Made by a program: the position numbers and the translations under genes
In this document: positions 63,438 through 64,000 of the stretch, piece by piece
How positions within the stretch are numbered: position 1 is the first letter of the stretch
Layout: each line of letters begins with the position of its first letter
Assembly (NCBI GenBank): GCA_963743915.1
Contig: CAVURN010000001.1
Location: 512,001 to 576,000 of the forward strand
Length of the DNA: 64,000 nt
Direction of reading: 5' to 3'
Source: an uncultured Actinomycetota bacterium
GTDB lineage: Bacteria > Actinomycetota > Actinomycetes > JAHEKZ01
Notes under the pieces: model-generated
Told to the model about the DNA's origin: nothing
The model's database searches: none
Seen by the model: the letters and a program-made list of their open reading frames with translations, nothing else

Positions 63438-64000
63438 CCACCCGTGACCCCTATCTCGAGGTGACCTGGACCGATGAGGTCACCGGCGTCAAGGGCTACG
63501 TCGTCATCGACACCCTGAGCCGCGGCGTGGCCGGTGGTGGACTCCGCATGCGCGAAGGTGTGACCCTCGCCGAGGTCCGCGACCTGGCCCGCGCCATGAC
63601 TCTGAAGGAGGCCGTCGTCCACACCGAGGGCGACAGGTACGTGCCTCTCGGTGGCGCCAAGGGTGGCATCGACTGTGACCCGTACGACCCCCGCGCGCGT
63701 GAGGTGCTGGCCCGCTTCGGCCGCGCCACCAAGCCGTTGATCCAGTCCCTGTTCGCCACCGGAGAGGACTTCGGCGTCCGCCAGGAGGTCATCGACGAGG
63801 TCTTCGCCGAAGAGGGCATCCGCTCGTCCGCGGAGTCGGCGTTGGCGCTGGTCGAGGACGGGGCGGATGCGGCGCACGAACGGCTCAAGGTCGCCTTCGC
63901 CCAGGACGTCGACGGCGTCGGGCTCGGCGAGCTCGTCGGTGGGTACGGCGTGGCCGAGACGGCCTTGGCGGCACTGGAGTTCCGTGGTCTGGTCCCGGCG
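63434..64000 (+). CDS. Glu/Leu/Phe/Val dehydrogenase family (partial, runs off the window)
   Basis: TTG start overlapping the previous stop; GGGLRM, MTLK, GGAKGG, TGEDFG. Confidence 0.85.
   Translation, partial: MTTRDPYLEVTWTDEVTGVKGYVVIDTLSRGVAGGGLRMREGVTLAEVRDLARAMTLKEAVVHTEGDRYVPLGGAKGGIDCDPYDPRAREVLARFGRATKPLIQSLFATGEDFGVRQEVIDEVFAEEGIRSSAESALALVEDGADAAHERLKVAFAQDVDGVGLGELVGGYGVAETALAALEFRGLVPA

Overview
High-GC actinobacterial chromosomal window, probably from a long-read or MAG assembly, since at least 11 genes carry apparent indel frameshifts. The conserved backbone resembles the Streptomyces sigR-to-kgd region: rsrA, bL37, a tandem pair of membrane HD-GYP proteins (hdgA/hdgB-like), a biotin carrier, whiB1 with a CRP box, a DAG kinase, sodN/sodX, malic enzyme, DUF6104 and kgd. 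Interleaved genes include pilT, DUF6421-SDR-ltaE, an HDAC/DmpA pair, ptrB, phhA, deaD, acetoacetate-CoA ligase, sbcDC, TetR/MFS modules, a HipA-like kinase with DUF3037, a disrupted LexA-boxed DUF222/HNH gene and a TetR-linked catabolic operon. Best candidates for undescribed biology: (1) a 21-aa peptide (MSKVVSAVERFLSSGAGWSWH) behind a hairpin-rich leader, directly upstream of an active plus degenerate membrane HD-GYP pair and divergent from an uncharacterised 'PAKQVVRD' protein, i.e. a possible peptide-controlled c-di-GMP module; (2) a single-chain tandem RNase III (one intact and one dead domain, no dsRBD) coupled to sbcDC; (3) a GATase-like/DUF6421 fusion with an M49-like metal site heading an SDR-threonine aldolase operon. 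All family assignments come from motif recognition, not database searches.
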